A DNA stretch of 60,446 nt, from the NCBI GenBank assembly GCA_944349655.1, contig CALVNL010000005.1:1-60446 (forward strand), in the 5' to 3' direction. Origin of the DNA: an uncultured Clostridia bacterium (GTDB lineage Bacteria > Bacillota > Clostridia > Christensenellales > DTU072). Shown here piece after piece: positions 1 through 10,519 of this stretch (position 1 is the stretch's first letter; each line of letters begins with the position of its first letter). Under the pieces are notes generated by a model. That model saw only the letters and a list, made by a program, of their open reading frames with translations. It made no database searches and was not told the origin of the DNA. The translations under genes were made by a program, and so were the position numbers.

Positions 1-57
1 CGCTCAAAAAAATTAACTCGGTTTATCTTCGTTTATTTTCTTTTCGTCTTTCCGTTC

Positions 58-132
58 CGTTGTTAAGGTTCGCTCGCGGTCGCTTTCGTGCGACAGCTTC
101 ATTATAATAATACATTGATTCCCTAAAGTCAA
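58..132 (-). promoter_or_regulatory. sigma-A promoter and leader of a probable rRNA operon lying beyond the left edge
   Basis: Minus strand reads TTGACT (132-127), 17 bp, TATTAT (109-104), with an A/T-rich UP-like tract upstream. It is followed by a GTCGC-acgaaa-GCGAC hairpin and a boxA-like GAACCTTAACAAC (71-59). No ORF follows, and the rRNA itself is not in the window. Confidence 0.55.
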
Positions 133-394
133 CTGATTTTTACAAAAAATTACAAAACTTTTTTTTGTTTTTTTTATCTTGTGGTCGCTTTCGTTTTTAC
201 CCCTATATATTGTAGTCGACGTTTCGTTTCCCCCTATTTTACAGGCAATCCGTCTTTTGAAAAATTTTTTATCCGATAAAATCGGGAATCGTCTTAACCT
301 GAATTCCCTTTTCTTTATCCTTATATATAATAATGCAAAACCGCACCGTTATCTCTAAAAAGGAAACTCCTTCCCGCTCCCCCTTCTCTCAATT

Positions 395-420
395 AAAAAA
401 CCGGCAACTGTCTGCCGGTT
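395..420 (-). terminator. intrinsic terminator after ftsY
   Basis: AACCGGCA-loop-TGCCGGTT hairpin with a T-run on the minus strand. Confidence 0.7.
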
Positions 421-456
421 CCTCTTTTTATCCTGCTTGTTTTCCTACTACGTCAA

Positions 457-1350
457 TTATAACACGGCATCCACGAACTCTTCGGCATTAAACGGAAGAA
501 GGTCGTCGATTTTTTCTCCCACGCCCACATACACTACGGGCATTTCGTACTCGGCGGAAATTGCCATAACCACGCCGCCCTTTGCCGTGCCGTCCAGTTT
601 GGTGAGAATTATTCCGTCTATATCCACCGCTTCGTCGAAAATTTCCACCTGCGTAACCGCGTTCTGTCCCGTGGTGGCGTCGAGTACGATAAGGTTACGC
701 CTGTCGGCGTCGGGCATTTCTCTTTCGATGACTCGGTTTATTTTCTTGAGTTCGTCCATAAGATTTTTCTTGTTATGGAGTCTGCCTGCGGTATCCACCA
801 GTAAAACGTCGGTTTTCTTGGCTTTCATACTGCTGATTGCGTCAAACACTACCGCCGCAGGATCGCTGCCTTCGGAATGTTTGACTATTCTTACGTCCGC
901 TCTTTCCGCCCAGACGGAAAGCTGCTCGCTCGCCGCCGCCCTGAATGTATCCGCAGCTGCGATTATTACGGACTTACCCATATTTTTGAAAAGGTTGGCA
1001 AGTTTCCCGACGGCGGTAGTTTTGCCCACGCCGTTGATACCGGCTATCATTATTATAAGCGGATATTCGTACTCGGGAATTTCATAATCGATGCTCTCTA
1101 CGAGAATTCTTTTCAGTTCGGCTTTCGCCTTTTCGGGCGAAGTTATTTTTTTGGCAAAAACGTCGTCTTTAAGCTGTTCGATAATGTTTTCGGTGGCGAC
1201 TACGCCCATATCGGACGCAATCAAAGCCGCCTCCAGCTCTTCGTAAAAATCTTCGTCGAGCTCTTTTGCCTTGAAAACCTCGAAAAGCTTTTTGGAAATG
1301 TTTTCTTTGGTCTTTTTTAGCCCTTGTTTTATTTTTTCGAAAAATCCCAT
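457..1350 (-). CDS. ftsY: signal recognition particle receptor FtsY (NG domain only)
   Basis: GINGVGKTT, AADTFRAAA, DTAGR and TKLDGTAKGG motifs; directly downstream of smc. Confidence 0.97.
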   Translation of the reverse strand: MGFFEKIKQGLKKTKENISKKLFEVFKAKELDEDFYEELEAALIASDMGVVATENIIEQLKDDVFAKKITSPEKAKAELKRILVESIDYEIPEYEYPLIIMIAGINGVGKTTAVGKLANLFKNMGKSVIIAAADTFRAAASEQLSVWAERADVRIVKHSEGSDPAAVVFDAISSMKAKKTDVLLVDTAGRLHNKKNLMDELKKINRVIEREMPDADRRNLIVLDATTGQNAVTQVEIFDEAVDIDGIILTKLDGTAKGGVVMAISAEYEMPVVYVGVGEKIDDLLPFNAEEFVDAVL

Positions 1351-1361
1351 AATATGTCTCC

Positions 1362-4300
1362 TTATACCGAGGTGGCAAATTTTTCGGCTTCCTTGAATTG
1401 AGTGCTGAAAAACTTGGAAACGCCTTTTTCCTGCATCGTAATACCGTATAAAGCGTCGGCAAGCTGCATAGTCGGTTTACGGTGCGACACGATAATGAAC
1501 TGCGTTCCTTTGGAAAATTTCCTCAGGTATTTTGCGTAAGTTGCGGCGTTGTTGTCGTCCAGCGGCGCGTCCACTTCGTCCAGAACGCAGAAAGGCATCG
1601 GATGCAGTTTTATAATAGCGAAAATCAACGCTATGGCGGTCATCGCTCTTTCTCCGCCGCTCAGAAGGTCGATATTCTGCAATCTTTTTCCCGGCGGTTC
1701 GGCGGCGATTATTATCCCCGCTTCGAGAATGCTCGTGTCCCTGTCCATATCGAGGTCCAACATCCCCTTTCCGCCCCCGAACAGTTCCTTGAAAACTTCG
1801 GCGAAATTGATTTTTATCTTTTCGAAACTCTCGGCAAAATTCCTTTCCATTTTTGCCGTGAGGTCTTTAATGGTGTCCTCGAGAGAGGCTTTCGCTTCGG
1901 TAATGTCGTCGAAATGCAATTTCAAATCGGCGTACTCGGCGTTCATCGTCGCAAGATCTTCCACGGCTTTTTCGTTTATGTCTCCGAGTTTTGCAAGCTC
2001 TCTTCTCAAAACCTTTGCTTCCTGCAAGCCTTTTTCGTCGTCATAGTCGAAGTCCTTTAATTCACACGCGGCTTCGTAATTCAGCCCGTACTCCTCCATA
2101 ACTCTTTCCCCGGCGGCTTTGATTTCGCTGTCTATGCGTTCCAACGCCGATTCGGCTTTTGCCTTTGCCGCGGAAAGCGTTGCCAGAGTTTCGCTGTTTT
2201 TCTGTTCCTTACGACGGAGTATTTCCAACCTTTCGGCAAAGGTTACCTTATCCTTGTCCATCAAATCGATTTTTTCCTGTACCGCCACCAGTTCGTCGTT
2301 TCCGCTGAGTTCGGCGGCAAGCTTTTCCAGTTCTGCAGTGATGACTTTTTCTTCGTTTTCCGCCATTCTGATCTGCACGTCGGCATCGGCTATTTCCCTA
2401 TGTAACCTCTCCACCGTTCTCGTGGAAATTACAATGGATTTTTCTATTTCGGACAGTTTACTTTCCAACTGCTTGGCAAGCAAAATGATTTCGGTGCGTT
2501 CGGAAGAAATTTTTTCCCTTTCGCGTTCCTTTTCCTTAAGCTGAACAGCCAGTTTTTCCAGAAGTTCGTTGGCGTCCACCCTTTCGCTGCTCGTGGAATC
2601 TATCTTTGCGTTTTCCGCGGCGAACAAAGCTTTCTTCGTTTCGATTTCCTTCCCGGTTGCAGAAATGGTTTCTTTCAATAACGCACTTTCCTTCTGTAAA
2701 CGGGACACCTCGCTTTCCACCGAATTTTTTTTCTGTTCGCAAACTCCGATATCCTTATCGAGTTTTGCGATAATACCGTCCAAAACTCTGGACGCGGTCT
2801 CCATCTCTTTGAGTTTTGCCCTGAGTTCGGTAAGTTCGGTCCCGAGAGCGGAAAGCATACGGTTCTGATTGTCCAGCATTTTTTTGGATTCGCTGAGATC
2901 CGCTTCCACTTTGAGCATACGGGTATCCGCACCTTCCTTTCTTCCTCCGCTGACGGCTCCGTTGACGGCGTAATGCGCCCCGTCTAAAGTAACTATACGG
3001 AACGCGTTGCGGTAAGTCCGAACCATTCTGACCGCGGTATCTTTGGTATCCACCACCACCACTCTTCCGAGAAGGGTCTCTATAGCCGGACGGAAACGAC
3101 GGTCGTATTTAACCAAATCCGCCGCAAGTCCGAAACAGCCCTCTTCGTCGAGAGCGTCCATATATGCGTCTTCAAGAGGTCTCGGCCTCATCGCTTCCAA
3201 CGGAAGAAAAGTTCCTCTGCCTCCCCTGTTGGCGTTCAGATAATCTATGAGATAACTGGTATCCCGCTGATCTGCGGTAATCATATTGTTGATGTTGCCG
3301 CCCAAAGCCACTTCTATCGCCGTGGCAAACTGCGACGGCGTGGAAATAACGCTTCCCACCACTCCGAGAACTTTACTCTTAACGGCGGGTTCGGCGTTCA
3401 TTAAAAATCTTACCGCTGCATCATAACTGGAATAACTGTTTTTACCCGCTTCGAGATATTCTATTTTACTGGTAAGTTTGGCTATCGTGCCTCTTATTTC
3501 GTTATACTGATCCTGCGCTTCGTCGCTTTCGGCAAGTTTTTCCGAATACTCTTTGTCTATGTCCTTACGGAAACTCCTCTTTTCTTCCCTGTCGGAGCTC
3601 TTCGACGCTATTTCCGCTTCCACGTCCGCAAGAATTTTGCCGGCTTCCTTAAGTTCAAGCGTTTTTTCTTCCAGTAAACGTTTGTTTTCTTCGCGGCTCT
3701 TTTCCAACAAAACAATTTCCGTCTTGAGCTGACTCAAACCGCCGTTAATCTGTCCCCAGGCGTCGGCTGAACTCAACAGCATAGAGTTGGTGACGTCTAT
3801 CTGCTCCCTCTGCCTGTCCACTTCCTCGTCGGCTTTTTTCAACCTTTCTTCCGCTTCCTGCTCCTCTTGCTTGGTGGAAACGATTTTGGCTATGACTTCC
3901 TGTTGCTCCTTTTTGTACGCTTCCGCGGCGGCGCTGTGATCGTTTATCGCCGAAGTCTTTTCTTTAACCTCTCCTTTAAGACGGGTTATCCCTTCCCTTA
4001 CCGTTTCCAGTTGCTGAAGTTTCAGATTGTTTTGCCCCGTTTTCTGACTTAATCGAATACTTATTTCCAGTTTTTCGTCGGTAAGACGGCGGTACTCTTC
4101 GTCCATAGTCCTTACTTTTTCCTGTACTTCGGCGTATTCGTTAGCCAATATATCCCTTTCCTTTTCGCTTTCGGTCAAACTCCTGTCCAAGGACGCGAGA
4201 CGATTGGTGACGGTTTTCTTTTCCTCGGCGTTGTGTTCGGTAAGGTAAATGTAATGATTGACTTCGCAATTTTTCAGTCTGCCTTTCAGCTCCCTCGCCT

Positions 4301-4940
4301 TTAACGCTTCTTCCGACTGCTTGATAAGCGGAGCCATACGACTTTCGTAAACGTCCAGTTTATCCTTGATACGCATAAGGTTGTCGTTGGTTTTGAGAAG
4401 CTTGTTCTGACTTATCTGACGTTTGGCTTTATATTTGCTAATTCCGGCGGCTTCTTCGAAAACCTGCCGCCTTTCTTCGGGTTTTGCGCTTAAAAGAGAG
4501 TCTATCTTGCCCTGCCCGACTACCGAATAGCCGTCCTTTCCTATACCCGTGTCTCGGAAAAGGTCGGTCACGTCGAGAAGACGGACCTGCTTGTTGTTTA
4601 TATAATACTCGCTGTCGCCGCTGCGGAAAAGTTTACGTTTGATGATGACTTCGTCGGCGTCGACGTCGTACGTCCTTTCCTCGTTATCGAAAATAAGGGT
4701 AACCTCGCAGTAGCCTAAAGCTCTGCGACTCTCTGTTCCGTTGAAAATGACTTCCTGCATATTTTTGCCGCGAAGTTTTTTCGGGCTTTGTTCTCCGAGC
4801 ACCCATCTTATGGCGTCGCTTATATTACTCTTGCCGCAACCGTTAGGTCCGACTATGCAGGTAACGCCTTCGTTGAAATTCAGCACCAGTTTGTCCGCAA
4901 AGGACTTGAACCCGTACGCTTCCAGTCTTTTTAACCGCAT
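1362..4940 (-). CDS. smc: chromosome segregation protein SMC
   Basis: MRLKRLEAYGFKSF start (ATG 4940, GGAGA RBS), Walker A GPNGCGKSN, coiled coils, hinge GRGTFLPL, LSGGE signature, Walker B VLDEVDAPLD. Confidence 0.97.
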   Translation of the reverse strand: MRLKRLEAYGFKSFADKLVLNFNEGVTCIVGPNGCGKSNISDAIRWVLGEQSPKKLRGKNMQEVIFNGTESRRALGYCEVTLIFDNEERTYDVDADEVIIKRKLFRSGDSEYYINNKQVRLLDVTDLFRDTGIGKDGYSVVGQGKIDSLLSAKPEERRQVFEEAAGISKYKAKRQISQNKLLKTNDNLMRIKDKLDVYESRMAPLIKQSEEALKARELKGRLKNCEVNHYIYLTEHNAEEKKTVTNRLASLDRSLTESEKERDILANEYAEVQEKVRTMDEEYRRLTDEKLEISIRLSQKTGQNNLKLQQLETVREGITRLKGEVKEKTSAINDHSAAAEAYKKEQQEVIAKIVSTKQEEQEAEERLKKADEEVDRQREQIDVTNSMLLSSADAWGQINGGLSQLKTEIVLLEKSREENKRLLEEKTLELKEAGKILADVEAEIASKSSDREEKRSFRKDIDKEYSEKLAESDEAQDQYNEIRGTIAKLTSKIEYLEAGKNSYSSYDAAVRFLMNAEPAVKSKVLGVVGSVISTPSQFATAIEVALGGNINNMITADQRDTSYLIDYLNANRGGRGTFLPLEAMRPRPLEDAYMDALDEEGCFGLAADLVKYDRRFRPAIETLLGRVVVVDTKDTAVRMVRTYRNAFRIVTLDGAHYAVNGAVSGGRKEGADTRMLKVEADLSESKKMLDNQNRMLSALGTELTELRAKLKEMETASRVLDGIIAKLDKDIGVCEQKKNSVESEVSRLQKESALLKETISATGKEIETKKALFAAENAKIDSTSSERVDANELLEKLAVQLKEKEREREKISSERTEIILLAKQLESKLSEIEKSIVISTRTVERLHREIADADVQIRMAENEEKVITAELEKLAAELSGNDELVAVQEKIDLMDKDKVTFAERLEILRRKEQKNSETLATLSAAKAKAESALERIDSEIKAAGERVMEEYGLNYEAACELKDFDYDDEKGLQEAKVLRRELAKLGDINEKAVEDLATMNAEYADLKLHFDDITEAKASLEDTIKDLTAKMERNFAESFEKIKINFAEVFKELFGGGKGMLDLDMDRDTSILEAGIIIAAEPPGKRLQNIDLLSGGERAMTAIALIFAIIKLHPMPFCVLDEVDAPLDDNNAATYAKYLRKFSKGTQFIIVSHRKPTMQLADALYGITMQEKGVSKFFSTQFKEAEKFATSV

Positions 4941-5048
4941 TGTTTCTCCAATATAAAAAGTATTAAAATTATTATAATGAAAAACAATACTTTTGTAAAG
5001 GATTTTTAAGACCGCTAAACCGTCGGAGGGCACCGAAAAAACCTGACG

Positions 5049-5753
5049 TCAATAACTGCCTTCCTCGGTAAGAATCTCGCTTACCGTTGCCGTCGAAAGC
5101 CCGTTCGCCGCGTAATAATCCAATATCGTCGGCAACGCCTTCAACGTGTGTGCGGTAGGATGCATAAGCACTAAATCGCCGCTTTGGATATCCGAAGTCG
5201 CTCTTTTATATACCAATTCGTAATCTTTATCTCGCCAGTCGATGGTGTCCTTACTCCACATTATTATCTTGTAACCGAGTTCTGCGCATACCTTGGTCAT
5301 AGCGTTTCCTATGCTGCCCGAAGGGGGTGCGAAAAGCGTAGGCGTTTTCCCCGTTACCTTTTCTATCAGCGTTCCGCACAAACCTATTTCTTCTCTGTTG
5401 GATTGCTCGGAGATGGCGGCGTGGTCTAAGTGAAGGTACCCGTGGTTGCCTATCTCGTATTTTTCGCTCATCGATTTAAGGAGGGTCATATTTTTTTCCG
5501 CCCAGCAACCTCCCACGAAAAAGGTACAGGTCGCGTCGTACTTTTCCATAACTTCCATTATTCCCTCTACGTATTCGGAGCCTTGATAAACGTTGAACAT
5601 AAGCGCGACTTTTCCCGAATTCCCGTCGCCTTTGTAAATAGGCGCATAAGCAGGAGTGTCGGGAGAAGGAACGCAGGCTAAATATAATCCGAACAACAAG
5701 GCCACGATAACGCAATTACTGACGATATGAACGAAAACGTTATATTTTTTCAT
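5049..5753 (-). CDS. NodB-type polysaccharide deacetylase, probably sporulation-related (YlxY/PdaB-like)
   Basis: N-terminal TM segment; ATCTFFVGG, EIGNHGYLH, FAPPSG, DTIDW and LVLMH motifs. Confidence 0.85.
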   Translation of the reverse strand: MKKYNVFVHIVSNCVIVALLFGLYLACVPSPDTPAYAPIYKGDGNSGKVALMFNVYQGSEYVEGIMEVMEKYDATCTFFVGGCWAEKNMTLLKSMSEKYEIGNHGYLHLDHAAISEQSNREEIGLCGTLIEKVTGKTPTLFAPPSGSIGNAMTKVCAELGYKIIMWSKDTIDWRDKDYELVYKRATSDIQSGDLVLMHPTAHTLKALPTILDYYAANGLSTATVSEILTEEGSY

Positions 5754-5872
5754 AATAAAAATGTATTCTTTATATAAACGGATTATGAACGGTTGACTTT
5801 GGTCGGGTTTTTTAATATCATTAACTGGAATTAAATTAAATACCTACCGTGCGTACGGAAACAGGAGTTGTT

Positions 5873-7258
5873 ATGGCAGAACTGACTATGGATAAACTTG
5901 TATCGTTATGTAAAAACCGCGGGTTTATTTTTCGCGGGAGCGAAATTTACGGCGGACTCGCCAATTCCTGGGACTACGGTCCTCTGGGAGTCGAGTTGAA
6001 AAACAACATCAAAAAAGCCTGGTGGAAAAAATTCGTTCAGGAAAGCGAATACAACGTCGGAGTGGATTGCGCGATACTGATGAATCCCCTCGTTTGGGAA
6101 GCGAGCGGTCACGTGGGAGGATTTTCCGATCCGCTTATGGACTGCAAGGAATGTAAATCTCGTCACAGAGCCGACCAGCTCATCGAAGATTACGCCGCGA
6201 AAAACAATATTTCCGTCAACGTAAACGGATGGACGAACGAAGAAATGGAAAAATACATCGCCGACAAAAAAATCAAATGCCCCGTCTGCGGCAACAGTAA
6301 TTTTACCGGCGTAAGACAATTCAATCTGATGTTCCGCACCTTCCAGGGCGTTACCGAGGACAGCGCCAACGCTATTTACCTTCGCCCGGAAACGGCACAG
6401 GGTATCTTCGTTAACTTCTTGAACGTTCAAAGAAGCATGAGAGCGAGAGTACCTTTCGGAATAGCTCAGATAGGTAAGAGTTTCCGTAACGAAATCACCC
6501 CCGGTAACTTCATTTTCCGTATAAGGGAATTCGAACAGATGGAACTGGAATTTTTCTGCAAACCGGGTACAGACCTCGAATGGTTCGCTTACTGGAAAGA
6601 GTTCTGCAAGAACTGGTTACTCGGACTCAATATCGATCCGGCAAAACTCCGTTTAAGAGACCACTCGCCCGAAGAACTTTGTTTTTACTCCCGCGCGACT
6701 ACCGACTTCGAGTATCTCTTCCCCTTCGGTTGGGGAGAACTTTGGGGAATAGCCGACAGAACGGACTACGACCTCAACGCCCATATCAAAAAGAGCGGAA
6801 AGCCTCTCGATTATACCGATCCCGTCACCAACGAAAAATACGTTCCTTACGTCATAGAACCGAGTCTCGGCGCGGACAGAGTAACGCTTGCCTTCCTTTG
6901 CGACGCTTACGAGGAACAGACTCTCGAAGGCGGCGACACCAGAGTGGTAATGCATTTCCACCCCGCACTCGCTCCCATAAAAGTAGCCGTCCTCCCCTTA
7001 CAGAAAAAACTTTCGGAAAAGGCTATGGAACTTTACCGCAAACTCAGCAAAACTTACGCTTGTTCCTACGACGAAACGGGTAGTATCGGTAAACGCTACC
7101 GCCGTCAGGACGAAGTCGGTACGCCCTATTGTCTTACAGTGGACTTCGACACCCTGGAAGACGGAGCTGTTACGGTACGCGACAGAGACACAATGGCGCA
7201 GGAAAGAATAAAAATCGATGACCTCGACGCTTATCTCGCTTCTAAATTCAATTATTAA
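5873..7258 (+). CDS. glyQS: glycine--tRNA ligase (homodimeric type)
   Basis: YDYGPLG-like motif, [34 protein letters not shown] and IEPSLG; ATG at 5873 after AGGAG. Confidence 0.97.
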   Translation: MAELTMDKLVSLCKNRGFIFRGSEIYGGLANSWDYGPLGVELKNNIKKAWWKKFVQESEYNVGVDCAILMNPLVWEASGHVGGFSDPLMDCKECKSRHRADQLIEDYAAKNNISVNVNGWTNEEMEKYIADKKIKCPVCGNSNFTGVRQFNLMFRTFQGVTEDSANAIYLRPETAQGIFVNFLNVQRSMRARVPFGIAQIGKSFRNEITPGNFIFRIREFEQMELEFFCKPGTDLEWFAYWKEFCKNWLLGLNIDPAKLRLRDHSPEELCFYSRATTDFEYLFPFGWGELWGIADRTDYDLNAHIKKSGKPLDYTDPVTNEKYVPYVIEPSLGADRVTLAFLCDAYEEQTLEGGDTRVVMHFHPALAPIKVAVLPLQKKLSEKAMELYRKLSKTYACSYDETGSIGKRYRRQDEVGTPYCLTVDFDTLEDGAVTVRDRDTMAQERIKIDDLDAYLASKFNY

Positions 7259-7275
7259 AAACAATTAAATAAAGT

Positions 7276-7310
7276 AAAACCCCCGTCCGTTGCGGACGGG
7301 GGTTTTCTTT
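7276..7310. terminator. bidirectional intrinsic terminator between convergent glyQS and cysK
   Basis: AAAACCCCCGTCCG-ttg-CGGACGGGGGTTTT inverted repeat. Confidence 0.85.
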
Positions 7311-7320
7311 TGCCTGAAAC

Positions 7321-8244
7321 TCAAATTTTGAAAAGATCCGTAGAAAGATATCTCTCCCCGGTATCGGGCAGAATAACGACTATATTTTTGCCTGCGGCTT
7401 CCTCTCTCGAAGCTATCTTTGCCGCCGCAAACAACGCCGCCCCCGAACTTATTCCGCAGAGCAAACCTTCTTCTTTGGCTAAAGCCGAGGCGTAAGCGAA
7501 AGCGTCTTCGTCCGAGCAAACGACGATTTCGTCTGCAAGAGTTCTGTCCAAAACCTCGGGAATAAAATTCGCTCCTATCCCCTGAATTTTGTGAGAACCG
7601 CTCTTTCCTTCGGAAAGAAGAGGCGAACGGGCAGGTTCGACCGCGATTATTTTTACGTCGGGTAAAACTTCCTTCAGTCTCTTTCCCGTCCCCGTCAACG
7701 TTCCGCCGCTTCCGAACGCGCTGACGAAATAATCGACTTTCCCTTCGGTATCGGAGAGTATCTCCTCGGCGGTAGTGCGATAATGAGCGTGGGCGTTAGC
7801 GGGATTAGCGAACTGGTCGGGAATAAACCCTCCCTTTTCTTTGGCTATTTCCGCCGCTTTCCTTACCGCGCCGCCCATTCCTTCCGCCGCCGGGGTCAGC
7901 ACGACCTCGGCTCCGAAAAAACGGGCGAGTTTAATCCTCTCTTCGCTTGCCGTTTCGGGCATCGTCAAAATAAGTTTATACCCTCGTATCGCACTTATCC
8001 AGGCAAGTCCTATGCCGGTATTTCCGCTGGTAGGCTCCACCAAAACTCCGCCTTCTTTTATGAGTCCCTTTTCCTCGGCGTCCTTTATCATAAAGTATGC
8101 CGCCCTGTCTTTTACCGAAGACGCGGGATTGAAAAACTCGACTTTGGCAAGAATGTTCCCTTTGAGATTTCTGTTACGGCGGAACGCTCCCAGCCTAATC
8201 AGGGGCGTTCCGCCGATAAGTTCGGTCAGATTGTCGTAAATCAT
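7321..8244 (-). CDS. cysK: cysteine synthase A
   Basis: NPASSVKDR (PLP lysine), EPTSGNTG, GSGGT, HKIQGIG and PDTGERYLST. Confidence 0.95.
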   Translation of the reverse strand: MIYDNLTELIGGTPLIRLGAFRRNRNLKGNILAKVEFFNPASSVKDRAAYFMIKDAEEKGLIKEGGVLVEPTSGNTGIGLAWISAIRGYKLILTMPETASEERIKLARFFGAEVVLTPAAEGMGGAVRKAAEIAKEKGGFIPDQFANPANAHAHYRTTAEEILSDTEGKVDYFVSAFGSGGTLTGTGKRLKEVLPDVKIIAVEPARSPLLSEGKSGSHKIQGIGANFIPEVLDRTLADEIVVCSDEDAFAYASALAKEEGLLCGISSGAALFAAAKIASREEAAGKNIVVILPDTGERYLSTDLFKI

Positions 8245-8248
8245 ACAA

Positions 8249-10519
8249 TTAGATCCTCGTCTTCATAAACAAAACTTTCCAACCGTCTTTTCCGTTGTCC
8301 AGTAAAATAAATCCGTAGACTTTTCCGTCGTTTACCGAAAATGCTCCGCAAACTTTTCCGACGTTCTCCGTTGCGATGACTTTGTTGATAACTTTGTCGC
8401 CGTCCAACGTCTTATAGGTGTAAACTTCTATTCCGTTCTTGATTTCGGAGTAGCAATAGAAGTCGCCGATAAATTTTATACTATATTTATTCAGATCTTC
8501 TTTTACCTTATATCCTTTGGAAGTAAGCTGTATAACGCCGTAGGAGCCGGGCACGTCGGAAAGACTCACTATGGCGCGGTCTCCCGAAATGTCTTCGATA
8601 TAATATTTGGCGTCCACGAGCATTTTTCCGTTCACGGCATAGATTGCCTGCTTGTCGGAATAAGGCTTTCTCGCCCACATATACTCTTCCGTAATTTTCG
8701 TCACGTCGGAGAAAGCGTGCGAATACAGTTTTTCGTAAGAAACGACTTTTTCGTTATCCACGTAAGAGTAGCGTAAAGCATAAACGTCGGTCTTGTCGGA
8801 CAATTTACTCATAACCGCCGAATCGTAACTCTTGAAGAAGCTGCTTTCGGTGCTTACCGTCAGATAATTTTTGTTGTGGCTTATGATAACGGAATTGTAT
8901 CCGCGATAAATTTCCGTTAATCCGCTGCCGTAAGAATACAGGAATACCAGGTAAGATGTTTCCGTACGGGTTTCTCCGAAATAAGGTTCTCCTTCCACGA
9001 AAGAATTGAGATAATAAGTTTCGGTAACGGTGAACTTAAAGTAAGCGTAAATTTCTCCTACCTTGGCATTGTATAATAGAGTGGAAATTTCGTTGGCGTT
9101 AAATTCATAAGTGAAAACTTTACCTTCGCTCATTATTACGAAATCGGTACCGTCTATTCCGTAAGAAACGGGGAAGCTGTCGATATTGGAAAAACTCACG
9201 CTGTCCTTTTCGTTATAAAGTTCTTCTCCTTTAACCACGCTGAAATAAATATTTTTAGAGGTCTCGGAATCGACGAAAACGAAAATACCTCCTTTCAGCG
9301 AATCTTCGTAATCATACGTACTCTTGGAATAAACCTTTTTTTGCACTCCGTCGAAATAAACGTAGTAATCGGTATCGGTTTCTATCACCGCATAAATTTT
9401 CCCGTCCGTTTTGCCGTAGGCTTTGACGATATTGTTTCCTTCAACATAGGGACGGAGTTCGGCGTCGTAAATTTTACTCGCGTTATCGGTGTAATAATAA
9501 ATCCCGTAAGCGGAATTATACACTGCCGAGAGATTTTCGCTAATTACGGCTTTCTGAGTCAAAGTATCGTCGTAATAAACGTATTTTCCGTCGGAAGAGG
9601 TTACTACGAGATACTCGCCTTTAACGTTTGCTTCCACGCCCGCAAGGGTGACCGAGGAGTCGTCTTCTAAATTTATAACGTTGACTCCGGACGCGTCGAC
9701 GGTATAATAATATGCCTTTTCTTCACCGATAAAATCTTTGGCGTCGGTCACGTCGAGCAAGCTGCCGTCCTTTTTAACCAGACTGACGGTGTTTGCCACG
9801 GCGTCCTGAATGAAAAACCGTCCGTAAAAGGCAGTTACGGATGCGTCGGTCAAGGATTTTTCGTAATAGCAATTTTTGTTTCCGTCGAAAATTTTAACGG
9901 AGGTAGTGCTGTCTCCGTAAACGAGTATAGCCGAACCTTGGTAAACTTCGTTTGCTACGAGATTACTGCCGTCGACATAGGTTTTTTCGGTAACGGCGTC
10001 TATAATTTCGATTTTATCTACTTCGGTAAAATTCTGCATAAGAGCCGTATTTACCCCGTAATAGGCAACCAACGCGTCACCTTGGGCGTTGACGGCGTTA
10101 ACCGTTACGTAAGTAAAATAACTTCCGAAATACCCCGTCGTCCCGTCGGACAAATAAGTCGTTTCGTCAACGGAATTGACCGTGGCTCCCGTAATTATCG
10201 TTTCGACGGAAGAGGAAAGCAATACGTTTCCGCTCCAGTCGAGCAAAGTGTATCCGACGTCGGACGCGTTGCGAGCCAGAAGATAACCGTTTTCGAGGAA
10301 AGAAAGTTCGTCATAGCCTGTTTTGAACACTTTTTTCCCGTTCATTTTGAAAAGATAAAGTTTCCCCTCGTCGCTTGCGATAAACGTTCCGTTCACGTTG
10401 GCTTCCATCACGTTGTCGTAGCTTTTCTTGGAGACTTCGTAATTCTTCTCTCCGCAGCCTACCAGAATCAACACAAGCGCGGCTATGGCAAGAATTAAAA
10501 GCATTATTTTTTTCTTCAT
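8249..10519 (-). CDS. large beta-rich lipoprotein of unknown function (possibly WG-repeat or beta-propeller-like)
   Basis: Signal peptide with lipobox LVGC; Tyr/Asp/Gly-rich short beta-strand repeats; AGGAGG RBS. Confidence 0.7.
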   Translation of the reverse strand: MKKKIMLLILAIAALVLILVGCGEKNYEVSKKSYDNVMEANVNGTFIASDEGKLYLFKMNGKKVFKTGYDELSFLENGYLLARNASDVGYTLLDWSGNVLLSSSVETIITGATVNSVDETTYLSDGTTGYFGSYFTYVTVNAVNAQGDALVAYYGVNTALMQNFTEVDKIEIIDAVTEKTYVDGSNLVANEVYQGSAILVYGDSTTSVKIFDGNKNCYYEKSLTDASVTAFYGRFFIQDAVANTVSLVKKDGSLLDVTDAKDFIGEEKAYYYTVDASGVNVINLEDDSSVTLAGVEANVKGEYLVVTSSDGKYVYYDDTLTQKAVISENLSAVYNSAYGIYYYTDNASKIYDAELRPYVEGNNIVKAYGKTDGKIYAVIETDTDYYVYFDGVQKKVYSKSTYDYEDSLKGGIFVFVDSETSKNIYFSVVKGEELYNEKDSVSFSNIDSFPVSYGIDGTDFVIMSEGKVFTYEFNANEISTLLYNAKVGEIYAYFKFTVTETYYLNSFVEGEPYFGETRTETSYLVFLYSYGSGLTEIYRGYNSVIISHNKNYLTVSTESSFFKSYDSAVMSKLSDKTDVYALRYSYVDNEKVVSYEKLYSHAFSDVTKITEEYMWARKPYSDKQAIYAVNGKMLVDAKYYIEDISGDRAIVSLSDVPGSYGVIQLTSKGYKVKEDLNKYSIKFIGDFYCYSEIKNGIEVYTYKTLDGDKVINKVIATENVGKVCGAFSVNDGKVYGFILLDNGKDGWKVLFMKTRI

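Noticed and set aside
4941-5033. N-terminal extension of SMC in the ORF track
   Set aside because: AT-rich promoter region; the conserved SMC start and RBS are at 4940.
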